Notes under the pieces: generated by a model | The model's input: the letters and a program-made list of their open reading frames with translations, nothing else | Told to the model about the DNA's origin: nothing | Databases searched by the model: none | Shown here: positions 1-9,400 of the stretch, piece by piece | Layout of the letters: every line of letters begins with the position of its first letter | Numbering within the stretch: the stretch's first letter is position 1 | Source: Mycobacterium tuberculosis H37Rv | GTDB lineage: Bacteria; Actinomycetota; Actinomycetes; Mycobacteriales; Mycobacteriaceae | DNA: 32,000 bases | Direction of reading: 5' to 3' | Assembly: GCF_000195955.2 (NCBI RefSeq) | Contig: NC_000962.3 | Location: forward strand, 2,880,001-2,912,000 | Position numbers and translations under genes: made by a program

Positions 1-74
1 ATTTGCTAAGTTCCGGTTTGCTTAGCGTCGCGCGGGTACCGATAAAAGCGAACTACGAAGCGATTGGGACAGCG

Positions 75-1052
75 ATGAGCCAGCCGCCAGAACATCCAGG
101 CAATCCGGCCGACCCCCAGGGCGGCAATCAGGGCGCTGGAAGCTACCCGCCGCCCGGCTACGGAGCGCCTCCCCCGCCACCAGGCTACGGCCCACCCCCG
201 GGGACCTACCTGCCTCCCGGCTACAACGCACCCCCGCCGCCCCCCGGCTATGGCCCACCGCCGGGCCCGCCGCCTCCCGGTTACCCGACGCATCTGCAAT
301 CGTCGGGTTTTAGCGTGGGCGACGCGATCAGTTGGTCATGGAATAGGTTCACGCAGAACGCCGTAACGCTCGTCGTCCCGGTGCTCGCCTACGCTGTGGC
401 GTTGGCCGCGGTCATCGGCGCGACGGCCGGGCTCGTTGTCGCCCTATCGGACCGTGCTACTACCGCATACACCAACACCTCCGGCGTCTCTAGCGAATCC
501 GTGGACATCACGATGACCCCGGCCGCGGGCATAGTCATGTTCCTCGGCTACATCGCTCTATTCGCCCTGGTGCTCTACATGCACGCCGGAATTCTGACCG
601 GCTGCCTTGACATTGCCGACGGAAAGCCGGTGACCATCGCGACGTTCTTTAGGCCGCGCAATCTGGGCCTGGTGCTGGTCACCGGACTGCTGATCGTCGC
701 CGTCACCTTCATTGGTGGCCTGCTCTGTGTCATTCCCGGCCTGATCTTTGGCTTCGTCGCCCAGTTCGCCGTCGCTTTTGCCGTCGACCGTTCCACTTCG
801 CCGATCGACTCGGTAAAGGCCAGCATCGAGACGGTCGGGTCCAACATCGGTGGCAGTGTGCTGTCGTGGCTCGCTCAGCTCACGGCGGTGCTCGTCGGCG
901 AACTGCTGTGCTTTGTCGGCATGCTGATCGGCATTCCGGTCGCCGCGCTCATCCACGTCTACACCTACCGGAAGCTGTCGGGTGGCCAAGTCGTTGAGGC
1001 AGTCCGGCCAGCGCCCCCGGTCGGCTGGCCGCCCGGCCCCCAGCTCGCATAG
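75..1052 (+). CDS. Proline/glycine-rich multi-pass transmembrane protein (Rv2560-like)
   Basis: ORF 3..1052; ATG at 75 gives 325 aa MSQPPEHPGNP...; Pro/Gly/Tyr-rich N-terminus followed by several hydrophobic segments. Confidence 0.9.
   Translation: MSQPPEHPGNPADPQGGNQGAGSYPPPGYGAPPPPPGYGPPPGTYLPPGYNAPPPPPGYGPPPGPPPPGYPTHLQSSGFSVGDAISWSWNRFTQNAVTLVVPVLAYAVALAAVIGATAGLVVALSDRATTAYTNTSGVSSESVDITMTPAAGIVMFLGYIALFALVLYMHAGILTGCLDIADGKPVTIATFFRPRNLGLVLVTGLLIVAVTFIGGLLCVIPGLIFGFVAQFAVAFAVDRSTSPIDSVKASIETVGSNIGGSVLSWLAQLTAVLVGELLCFVGMLIGIPVAALIHVYTYRKLSGGQVVEAVRPAPPVGWPPGPQLA
150..282 (+). repeat. Imperfect tandem coding repeat encoding PPGY(G/N)APPPPPGYGPPPG
   Basis: Protein reads PPPGYGAPPPPPGYGPPPGTYLPPGYNAPPPPPGYGPPPGPPPPGY: two near-identical units. 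Confidence 0.7.
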
Positions 1053-1408
1053 TCGGCACCCGCCGACGCCGGCTGGCCGTCTTGGCCCGCTGGATTTGTC
1101 ACGCGCTCACCCGAATTGGCATCCGGGGCCTGGAACGCGTTAGGGCAGTGGCTTTCCCACAGGTTGACGTAAATGACCTCCAAGATAGGTATCGAACCAA
1201 GGTTGCGGCCGATGTGTACGTAGTTCGAGAGTTCGCTGATCTGATCACTCGCGTGGTCGATGCAGTCGACGGAACCGGCAGCCGCCACCCAAGGGTGCGC
1301 AGGTGGTTAGCAAATCGCCGACGAACACGACGCCACCGCGTCATGCGCCATCGCCGACCCCGCCTTGGTGGCTGAGAGCCGCTCGCCGGCGTTAAGCTGC
1401 CCAACATC

Positions 1409-1702
1409 ATGGGCATTCAACGCGCCGTTCTCCTCATTGCCGACATCGGCGGATACACAAATTACATGCACTGGAACCGCAAGCACCTGGCCCACGCGCA
1501 GTGGACGGTGGCACAGTTGCTGGAGTCCGTCATCGACGCTGCCAAGGGCATGAAGTTGGCGAAGCTGGAGGGCGACGCCGCGTTTTTTTGGGCACCAGGG
1601 GGGCAACACCAGTGTCCTGGTATGCGACCGGCCCCCGCAGATGCGCCAGAGGTTCCGCACGCGGCGCGAGCAGATCAAAAAAGACCATCCCTGCGACTGT
1701 AA
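1409..1702 (+). CDS. N-terminal fragment of DUF2652 / nucleotide-cyclase-like protein (Rv2561-like)
   Basis: [31 protein letters not shown]...[14 protein letters not shown], then low-complexity out-of-frame tail after a G6 tract. Confidence 0.6.
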   Translation: MGIQRAVLLIADIGGYTNYMHWNRKHLAHAQWTVAQLLESVIDAAKGMKLAKLEGDAAFFWAPGGQHQCPGMRPAPADAPEVPHAARADQKRPSLRL

Positions 1703-2147
1703 GAGTTGCGAGCAGCGGGACAACCTGTCGATCAAATTCGTCGCCCATGAGGGCGAAGTGGCCGAACAAAAGGTGAAGCGCAACGTCGAACTCGCTGGCG
1801 TTGATGTCATCCTGGTGCACCGCATGCTGAAAAATGAGGTGCCAGTGTCGGAATATCTATTCATGACCGACGTCGTAGCGCAGTGCCTCGACGAGTCGGT
1901 GCGAAAACTAGCGACGCCGCTGACACATGACTTCGAGGGCATCGGAGAAACGTCGACACACTACATCGACCTCGCCACGTCCGACATGCCGCCGGCGGTG
2001 CCAGACCACAGCTTCTTCGGCCTGCTGTGGGCGGATGTGAAGTTCGAATGGCACGCGTTACCGTACCTGTTAGGTTTCAAGAAGGCCTGTGCAGGTTTCC
2101 GCAGCCTGGGCCGCGGCGCCACCGAAGAGCCCGCCGAAATGGGCTAA
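1641..2147 (+). CDS. C-terminal fragment of the same DUF2652/cyclase-like protein (Rv2562-like; annotated start probably GTG at 1758)
   Basis: Frame 3 ORF continues the family-like sequence ([52 protein letters not shown]...). Confidence 0.6.
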   Translation: MRQRFRTRREQIKKDHPCDCKSCEQRDNLSIKFVAHEGEVAEQKVKRNVELAGVDVILVHRMLKNEVPVSEYLFMTDVVAQCLDESVRKLATPLTHDFEGIGETSTHYIDLATSDMPPAVPDHSFFGLLWADVKFEWHALPYLLGFKKACAGFRSLGRGATEEPAEMG

Positions 2148-2289
2148 TCGGGTTCGCTTGGCTCGATCGCCGATGATCTCGACCGCCACGACCGACCCCC
2201 TCACCTCGGTCGAACCTCGGCGAACCAACGCGGCAACGCCAGCCCATGATCATTTGATTGGGTCCACGGAAGCAGGTAGCTTCCGTCGC

Positions 2290-3339
2290 ATGCTTTTTGC
2301 GGCTTTGCGTGATGTCCAATGGCGAAAACGACGCCTTGTCATCGCAATCGTCAGCACCGGCCTAGTTTTCGCGATGACGCTCGTTCTGACCGGACTTGTG
2401 AACGGGTTTCGGGTCGAGGCCGAGCGAACCGTCGATTCCATGGGTGTCGACGCATTCGTGGTCAAGGCCGGCGCGGCAGGACCGTTCCTGGGTTCGACAC
2501 CATTCGCCCAAATCGACCTGCCCCAGGTTGCTCGTGCGCCTGGCGTCTTGGCTGCCGCCCCACTAGCGACTGCGCCGTCGACGATCCGGCAGGGCACGTC
2601 AGCGCGAAACGTCACCGCGTTCGGGGCACCAGAGCACGGACCCGGCATGCCGCGGGTCTCGGACGGTCGGGCGCCATCGACGCCGGACGAGGTCGCGGTG
2701 TCGAGCACGCTGGGCCGAAACCTCGGCGACGATCTGCAAGTGGGTGCGCGCACTTTGCGGATCGTCGGCATCGTGCCCGAGTCAACCGCGCTGGCAAAGA
2801 TTCCCAACATCTTCCTGACCACCGAAGGCCTACAGCAGTTGGCATACAACGGACAGCCGACAATCAGTTCGATCGGGATCGACGGGATGCCCCGACAGCT
2901 CCCGGACGGCTATCAGACCGTCAATCGAGCGGATGCTGTCAGCGATCTGATGCGCCCGTTGAAGGTCGCGGTGGATGCGATCACGGTTGTGGCGGTCTTG
3001 CTGTGGATCGTTGCGGCGTTGATCGTCGGCTCGGTGGTCTACCTCTCTGCGTTGGAGCGGCTGCGTGACTTTGCGGTGTTCAAGGCGATCGGCGTGCCGA
3101 CGCGCTCGATTCTGGCCGGGCTGGCGCTGCAGGCGGTCGTCGTCGCGCTGCTCGCGGCGGTGGTTGGCGGCATCCTTTCGCTGCTGTTGGCGCCGTTGTT
3201 CCCGATGACTGTCGTGGTACCCCTGAGTGCCTTCGTGGCGCTACCGGCGATCGCGACTGTGATCGGTCTGCTGGCCAGCGTCGCAGGACTGCGGCGCGTG
3301 GTGGCGATCGATCCGGCACTAGCGTTCGGAGGTCCCTAG
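2290..3339 (+). CDS. ABC transporter permease, FtsX/MacB/LolC-like (Rv2563-like)
   Basis: ATG at 2290 gives 349 aa; N-terminal TM, large extracytoplasmic domain, three C-terminal TMs including DFAVFKAIGVPTRSI; 2-nt gap to ATPase gene. Confidence 0.85.
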   Translation: MLFAALRDVQWRKRRLVIAIVSTGLVFAMTLVLTGLVNGFRVEAERTVDSMGVDAFVVKAGAAGPFLGSTPFAQIDLPQVARAPGVLAAAPLATAPSTIRQGTSARNVTAFGAPEHGPGMPRVSDGRAPSTPDEVAVSSTLGRNLGDDLQVGARTLRIVGIVPESTALAKIPNIFLTTEGLQQLAYNGQPTISSIGIDGMPRQLPDGYQTVNRADAVSDLMRPLKVAVDAITVVAVLLWIVAALIVGSVVYLSALERLRDFAVFKAIGVPTRSILAGLALQAVVVALLAAVVGGILSLLLAPLFPMTVVVPLSAFVALPAIATVIGLLASVAGLRRVVAIDPALAFGGP

Positions 3340-3341
3340 CC

Positions 3342-4334
3342 ATGGGCGGCCTAACCATTTCCGACCTGGTCGTCGAGTATTCCAGCGGCGGGTACGCCGT
3401 GCGGCCGATCGACGGGTTAAGCCTCGACGTGGCGCCGGGGTCGCTGGTGATCTTGCTTGGGCCCAGCGGCTGCGGGAAGACGACCCTCTTGTCCTGCCTC
3501 GGCGGCATCCTGCGCCCGAAGTCCGGCTCAATCAAGTTTGACGATGTCGACATCACGACGCTGGAGGGCGCCGCGCTGGCGAAGTATCGGCGTGACAAGG
3601 TAGGGATCGTCTTCCAGGCGTTCAACCTGGTCTCGAGCCTTACCGCCCTGGAGAACGTGATGGTCCCGCTGCGCGCGGCCGGCGTGTCACGAGCGGCCGC
3701 GCGTAAGCGTGCCGAGGACCTGCTGATCCGAGTCAATCTCGGCGAACGAATGAAACACCGCCCGGGTGACATGAGCGGCGGCCAGCAGCAACGCGTCGCG
3801 GTCGCCCGCGCGATCGCGCTGGACCCGCAATTGATCCTTGCCGACGAACCGACCGCGCACCTGGACTTCATCCAGGTGGAGGAGGTGCTGCGGCTGATCC
3901 GCTCGCTAGCGCAGGGCGACCGTGTGGTGGTGGTCGCGACCCACGACAGCCGGATGCTGCCGCTGGCCGATCGCGTCCTTGAGCTGATGCCGGCGCAGGT
4001 GTCGCCGAATCAGCCACCCGAAACGGTGCACGTGAAAGCCGGCGAGGTGCTGTTCGAGCAGTCCACAATGGGCGATCTGATCTACGTGGTGTCCGAGGGC
4101 GAGTTCGAGATTGTGCGCGAATTGGCCGACGGCGGTGAGGAATTGGTCAAAACCGCCGCGCCTGGGGACTACTTCGGTGAAATCGGCGTGCTGTTTCACC
4201 TGCCACGCTCGGCAACGGTACGGGCTCGCAGCGACGCGACAGCCGTCGGTTATACGGCGCAGGCGTTTCGGGAGCGGCTGGGTGTGACGCGGGTGGCCGA
4301 CCTGATTGAGCACCGCGAGCTTGCCAGCGAATAG
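3342..4334 (+). CDS. glnQ: ABC transporter ATP-binding protein with C-terminal cyclic-nucleotide-binding-like domain (annotated as glutamine transporter GlnQ in M. tuberculosis)
   Basis: Walker A GPSGCGKTT, signature MSGGQQQRVAVARAI, Walker B LILADEPTAH; C-terminal GEVLFEQSTMGDLIYVVSEGEFEIV...PGDYFGEIGVLFHLPRSATVRA. Confidence 0.9.
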   Translation: MGGLTISDLVVEYSSGGYAVRPIDGLSLDVAPGSLVILLGPSGCGKTTLLSCLGGILRPKSGSIKFDDVDITTLEGAALAKYRRDKVGIVFQAFNLVSSLTALENVMVPLRAAGVSRAAARKRAEDLLIRVNLGERMKHRPGDMSGGQQQRVAVARAIALDPQLILADEPTAHLDFIQVEEVLRLIRSLAQGDRVVVVATHDSRMLPLADRVLELMPAQVSPNQPPETVHVKAGEVLFEQSTMGDLIYVVSEGEFEIVRELADGGEELVKTAAPGDYFGEIGVLFHLPRSATVRARSDATAVGYTAQAFRERLGVTRVADLIEHRELASE

Positions 4335-4577
4335 TTCGGCACCAAGTCGCGATCCCTGAGGGTTGCGATGGGCGCGGCGCCGCCGCTGAATCGACCGCCC
4401 CCCACTGAGCCGCCGTGGAATACTCGATGAATCCTGCGGGCGTGTCCGCACTGCGTGTGGCTATGGAGTTGGGGAACATGTTGCTTGGGATAAGAACGTG
4501 AATGAGGGACCGCTCTTCACAATGTCAGGCACTGCCGTGAGAAGTCCGCTACTCGATCGGGTGTATGTGAGCAGTCC

Positions 4578-4597
4578 TGGCATGGGCCGAGATGCCA
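4578..4597. promoter_or_regulatory. Short inverted repeat TGGCAT-N8-ATGCCA upstream of the patatin-like gene
   Basis: TGGCAT GGGCCGAG ATGCCA read directly; 13 nt upstream of ATG 4611. Confidence 0.3.
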
Positions 4598-4610
4598 AGA
4601 GCCGCATCTC

Positions 4611-6362
4611 ATGACCACCGCGCGACGACGGCCCAAGCGGCGTGGTACCGATGCGCGAACCGCGCTGCGCAACGTTCCGATACTCGCCGATATCGACGAC
4701 GAACAGCTCGAACGACTCGCAACCACCGTAGAACGCCGCCACGTGCCCGCTAACCAGTGGCTCTTTCATGCCGGAGAACCAGCGGACTCCATCTATATCG
4801 TCGACTCGGGGCGGTTCGTCGCTGTTGCCCCAGAGGGACACGTATTTGCTGAGATGGCATCCGGCGACTCGATCGGAGACCTGGGGGTGATCGCCGGGGC
4901 TGCCCGCTCAGCGGGAGTGCGAGCTCTGCGAGACGGCGTGGTGTGGAGGATCGCCGCGGAGACGTTTACCGACATGCTCGAGGCAACCCCGCTACTGCAA
5001 TCGGCGATGCTGCGAGCGATGGCGAGAATGCTACGCCAGTCACGACCCGCCAAGACGGCTCGGCGTCCGCGGGTCATCGGCGTGGTATCGAACGGGGACA
5101 CCGCCGCGGCCCCGATGGTCGACGCGATCGCTACTTCACTGGACTCGCACGGTCGAACTGCCGTGATTGCGCCGCCCGTCGAAACCACCTCCGCCGTTCA
5201 GGAGTACGACGAGCTCGTCGAGGCGTTCAGCGAAACCCTCGATCGCGCGGAGCGAAGCAACGATTGGGTCTTGGTGGTCGCCGACCGAGGCGCCGGCGAC
5301 CTGTGGCGGCACTACGTTAGCGCGCAAAGCGACCGACTCGTGGTCCTGGTGGATCAACGGTATCCGCCGGATGCGGTCGATTCGCTTGCTACCCAACGGC
5401 CAGTGCACCTGATCACATGTCTGGCAGAACCGGATCCAAGTTGGTGGGATCGGTTGGCGCCGGTTTCGCATCATCCGGCCAACTCCGACGGCTTCGGTGC
5501 CCTTGCTCGCAGAATCGCCGGCCGATCGCTCGGCCTGGTGATGGCCGGTGGCGGAGCCCGGGGACTGGCGCATTTCGGTGTTTACCAAGAGCTCACCGAA
5601 GCCGGCGTCGTCATCGATCGGTTTGGCGGAACAAGTTCGGGTGCAATCGCTTCCGCAGCGTTCGCGCTGGGGATGGACGCCGGGGATGCGATCGCCGCGG
5701 CGCGAGAGTTCATCGCAGGAAGCGACCCACTCGGCGACTACACGATCCCAATATCCGCCCTCACGCGAGGTGGACGCGTCGATCGTCTGGTGCAGGGATT
5801 CTTCGGCAACACGTTGATCGAACATCTGCCCAGAGGGTTCTTCTCCGTCTCCGCCGACATGATCACCGGCGATCAGATCATCCATCGGCGGGGATCCGTC
5901 TCGGGCGCCGTGCGCGCATCGATCTCGATCCCCGGTCTCATCCCGCCAGTGCACAATGGCGAGCAGCTGCTCGTCGACGGTGGGCTGTTGAACAATCTGC
6001 CGGCCAACGTGATGTGCGCCGATACCGATGGCGAAGTCATCTGCGTCGACCTCCGCCGAACGTTCGTGCCGTCGAAGGGCTTTGGCCTGCTGCCGCCAAT
6101 CGTTACGCCGCCCGGGCTCCTCCGGCGGCTTTTGACCGGCACGGATAACGCGCTACCACCGCTGCAAGAGACGTTGCTGCGCGCCTTCGACCTTGCCGCC
6201 TCCACCGCAAACCTGCGCGAGCTTCCTCGCGTTGCGGCCATCATCGAGCCCGACGTGTCGAAGATCGGAGTGTTGAACTTCAAGCAGATTGATGCCGCCC
6301 TAGAGGCTGGGCGGATGGCAGCCCGTGCGGCTTTGCAAGCACAGCCGGACCTGGTGCGCTGA
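4611..6362 (+). CDS. cNMP-binding-domain / patatin-like phospholipase (RssA/NTE-like), Rv2565-like
   Basis: 583 aa; N-terminal cNMP-like domain; GLVMAGGGARGLAHFGVYQEL oxyanion motif, GTSSG nucleophile motif, DGG dyad (LLVDGGLLNNLP). Confidence 0.92.
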   Translation: MTTARRRPKRRGTDARTALRNVPILADIDDEQLERLATTVERRHVPANQWLFHAGEPADSIYIVDSGRFVAVAPEGHVFAEMASGDSIGDLGVIAGAARSAGVRALRDGVVWRIAAETFTDMLEATPLLQSAMLRAMARMLRQSRPAKTARRPRVIGVVSNGDTAAAPMVDAIATSLDSHGRTAVIAPPVETTSAVQEYDELVEAFSETLDRAERSNDWVLVVADRGAGDLWRHYVSAQSDRLVVLVDQRYPPDAVDSLATQRPVHLITCLAEPDPSWWDRLAPVSHHPANSDGFGALARRIAGRSLGLVMAGGGARGLAHFGVYQELTEAGVVIDRFGGTSSGAIASAAFALGMDAGDAIAAAREFIAGSDPLGDYTIPISALTRGGRVDRLVQGFFGNTLIEHLPRGFFSVSADMITGDQIIHRRGSVSGAVRASISIPGLIPPVHNGEQLLVDGGLLNNLPANVMCADTDGEVICVDLRRTFVPSKGFGLLPPIVTPPGLLRRLLTGTDNALPPLQETLLRAFDLAASTANLRELPRVAAIIEPDVSKIGVLNFKQIDAALEAGRMAARAALQAQPDLVR

Positions 6363-6453
6363 ACCCGACCAAGTGCCGCTACGGCCCACTCAGGTGTCCG
6401 GCACCGGGCGTACGCGCTGCGCCGGGCGGTCCGGTGTGATCTCATCAGCAGCT

Positions 6454-9400
6454 ATGAGCATCAAAGTTGCGCTGGAGCACCGCACCAGCTACACCTTTGA
6501 CCGGCTGGTGCGGGTGTATCCGCACATCGTGCGGCTACGCCCGGCGCCGCACTCCCGCACCTCCATCGAAGCCTACTCGCTGCGCATCGAGCCCGCCGAC
6601 CACTTCATCAACTGGCAGCAGGACGCGCTGGGCAACTTTCTGGCGCGGCTGGTCTTTCCGAATCCCATGCGCCAACTGCGTATTACCGTCGGGCTTATCG
6701 CCGACCTCAAGGTGATCAACCCCTTCGACTTCTTTATCGAGGACTGGGCCGAGATATGGCCCTGCGCAGGGATGGCCTACCCCAAGGCGCTCGCCGATGA
6801 CCTGAGGCCGTACTTGCGGCCGGTCGACGAAGACGGCGACGGTTCGGGCCCCGGCGAGCTCACGCAGGCCTGGGTGCGCAACTTCACGGTGCCCGATGGC
6901 ACCCGCACCATCGACTTCTTGGTCGCACTCAACCGCGCGATCAACGCCGACGTCGGCTACTGCGTGCGCATGGAGCCCGGAGTTCAGACACCGGATTTCA
7001 CGCTGCGCACCGGCGTCGGCTCGTGCCGGGACTCGGCGTGGCTGCTGGTCTCGATCCTGCGTCAGTTCGGGCTGGCCGCCCGGTTCGTGTCCGGCTACCT
7101 GGTTCAGCTGGCATCCGACATCGAAGCGCTCGACGGGCCGTCGGGGCCCGCCGCCGACTTCACCGACCTGCACGCGTGGGCCGAGGCATACATCCCGGGT
7201 GCCGGCTGGATCGGGCTGGACCCGACGTCGGGGCTGTTGGCCGGCGAGGGCCACATTCCGCTGGCGGCTACGCCCCACCCCGCCAGCGCGGCACCCATCA
7301 GCGGCGGCACCGACGTGTGCGACACCGTGCTGGAGTTCTCCAACACCGTCACCCGCGTACACGAAGACCCACGTGTCACGTTGCCCTACACCGACGAGTC
7401 CTGGAAGACCATCTGTGAGGTGGGCCAGCGCGTCGATGAGCGGCTGGCCGCCGCCGACGTCCGGCTGACCGTCGGCGGCGAACCGACGTTCGTGTCGGTG
7501 GATAACCAGGTCGCCGAAGAGTGGCGGACGGCGGCCGACGGCCCACACAAACGCGAACGGGCATCCGACCTGGCCGCCCGCTTGAAGGCGGTGTGGGCCC
7601 CGCAGGGACTCATCCACCGCGGTCAGGGCAGGTGGTATCCCGGAGAGCCGTTGCCGCGCTGGCAGATTGCGCTGTATTGGCGCACCGACGGGCGGCCGCT
7701 GTGGACCAACGACGCGCTGTTGGCCGACCCCTGGGGCGCCCCGCCCGCCGACCCCGTCGACGACGACGCGGCCTACCGGGTGCTCGCCGGGATCGCCGAC
7801 GGCTTGGGGCTGCCGATCTCGCAGGTGCGGCCCGCCTACGAAGACCCGTTGAGCCGGCTGGCTGCGGCCGTGCGAATGCCAGCCGGCGACCCGGTGGAAT
7901 CCGGTGACGACCTCGGCTGCGACACCAACCCCGACACCCCCACCGGCCGCGCCGCGCTGCTGGCGCGCCTCGATGAGGCCATCACCTCTCCGGCTGCGTA
8001 CGTGCTGCCGCTGCACCGCCGCGACGACGGGCAAGGCTGGGCCAGCGCGAACTGGCGGCTGCGCCGCGGTCGCATCGTGTTGCTCGAAGGGGATTCGCCG
8101 GCGGGCCTGCGGCTGCCGCTGGATTCGATCAGCTGGCGCCCACCCCGGGCATCGTTTGACGCCGACCCGGTAGCTGTGCGATCCACATTGCCGGCGGAGC
8201 TCCACACCGACCGGGCCGTAGTGGAGGATCCCGAGACGGCTCCGACCACCGCGTTGGTCGCCGAGGTCCGGGGTGGGCTGGTGCACATCTTCTTGCCGCC
8301 CACCGACGCGCTCGAGCACTTCATCGACCTTGTCGCCCGAGTCGAGGCCGCGGCGACGACGGCCAACTGCCCGGTGGTGATCGAGGGCTACGGCCCACCC
8401 CCGGACCCGCGGCTGACGTCCACCACAATCACCCCCGACCCCGGCGTCATCGAGGTCAACATCGCGCCCACCGCCTCTTTTGCAGAACAACGGCAACAGC
8501 TGGAAACCCTGTATCAACAAGCGCGCCTGGCCCGACTCACCACCGAAGCGTTCGACGTCGACGGCACGCACGGCGGCACCGGCGGCGGCAACCACATCAC
8601 GCTTGGCGGCGTCACACCCGCGGACTCACCGCTGCTGCGCCGGCCCGACCTGCTGGTTTCACTGCTGACCTACTGGCAGCGACACCCGTCGTTGTCCTAC
8701 TTGTTCGCCGGGCGTTTCGTCGGCACCACGTCACAGGCGCCCCGGGTTGACGAGGGCCGCGCCGAGGCGCTCTACGAACTCGAGATCGCGTTCGCCGAGA
8801 TCCTCCGGCTGTCGCCGTCGTCCGGGGGCGGCCGGCCCCAACCGTGGGTGACCGACCGCGCGCTGCGGCACCTGCTCACCGACATCACCGGCAACACCCA
8901 TCGCGCCGAATTCTGCATCGACAAGCTCTACAGCCCCGACAGCGCCCGGGGCAGGCTCGGCCTGCTGGAGCTCCGCGGGTTCGAGATGCCGCCGCACCTG
9001 CACATGGCGATGGTGCAGTCGCTGCTGGTGCGCTCGCTGGTGGCGTGGTTCTGGGACCAACCGCTGCGCGCCCCGCTGATCCGCCACGGCGCCAACTTGC
9101 ACGGTCGATATCTATTGCCGCACTTCTTGATTCATGACATCGCCGACGTCGCAGCCGACCTGCGCGCGCACGGCATCGCGTTCGAGACTAGCTGGCTGGA
9201 CCCGTTCACCGAGTTCCGCTTCCCGCGCATCGGCACCGCCGTATTCGACGGCATTGAGATCGAGCTGCGCGGGGCCATCGAGCCATGGCACACCCTTGGC
9301 GAGGAGGCCACCGCGGCAGGCACCGCGCGCTATGTCGACTCGTCGGTCGAGCGCATCCAGGTCCGCATCATCGGCGCCGACCGGCACCGCTACGTGGTGA

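Larger units (their letters stand above)
1409..2147 (+). pseudogene. Single ancestral ~245-aa DUF2652/cyclase-like gene split by a +1 frameshift at G6 (1598-1603)
   Basis: Removing one G from 1598-1603 joins ...FFWAPGG to [17 protein letters not shown]... in one open frame. Confidence 0.65.

Noticed and set aside
141-290. CCG/CCC-rich repeats as possible VNTR or CRISPR-like array
   Set aside because: They are in-frame codons of a Pro/Gly/Tyr-rich domain with imperfect units and no unique spacers; listed only as a coding repeat.
965-1288. 107-aa minus-strand ORF and overlapping 1082..1375 plus-strand ORF in the Rv2560/Rv2561 gap
   Set aside because: Mutually overlapping, no recognisable motif; minus ORF also runs into the Rv2560 coding region. 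A gene relic is possible but unsupported.
4461-4841. 126-aa minus-strand ORF upstream of and overlapping the patatin-like gene
   Set aside because: Overlaps the conserved cNMP-like N-terminus of Rv2565; composition not convincing.
6535-8595. 686-aa minus-strand ORF
   Set aside because: Antisense to the conserved transglutaminase/DUF2126 gene with clear catalytic motifs; no recognisable domain.
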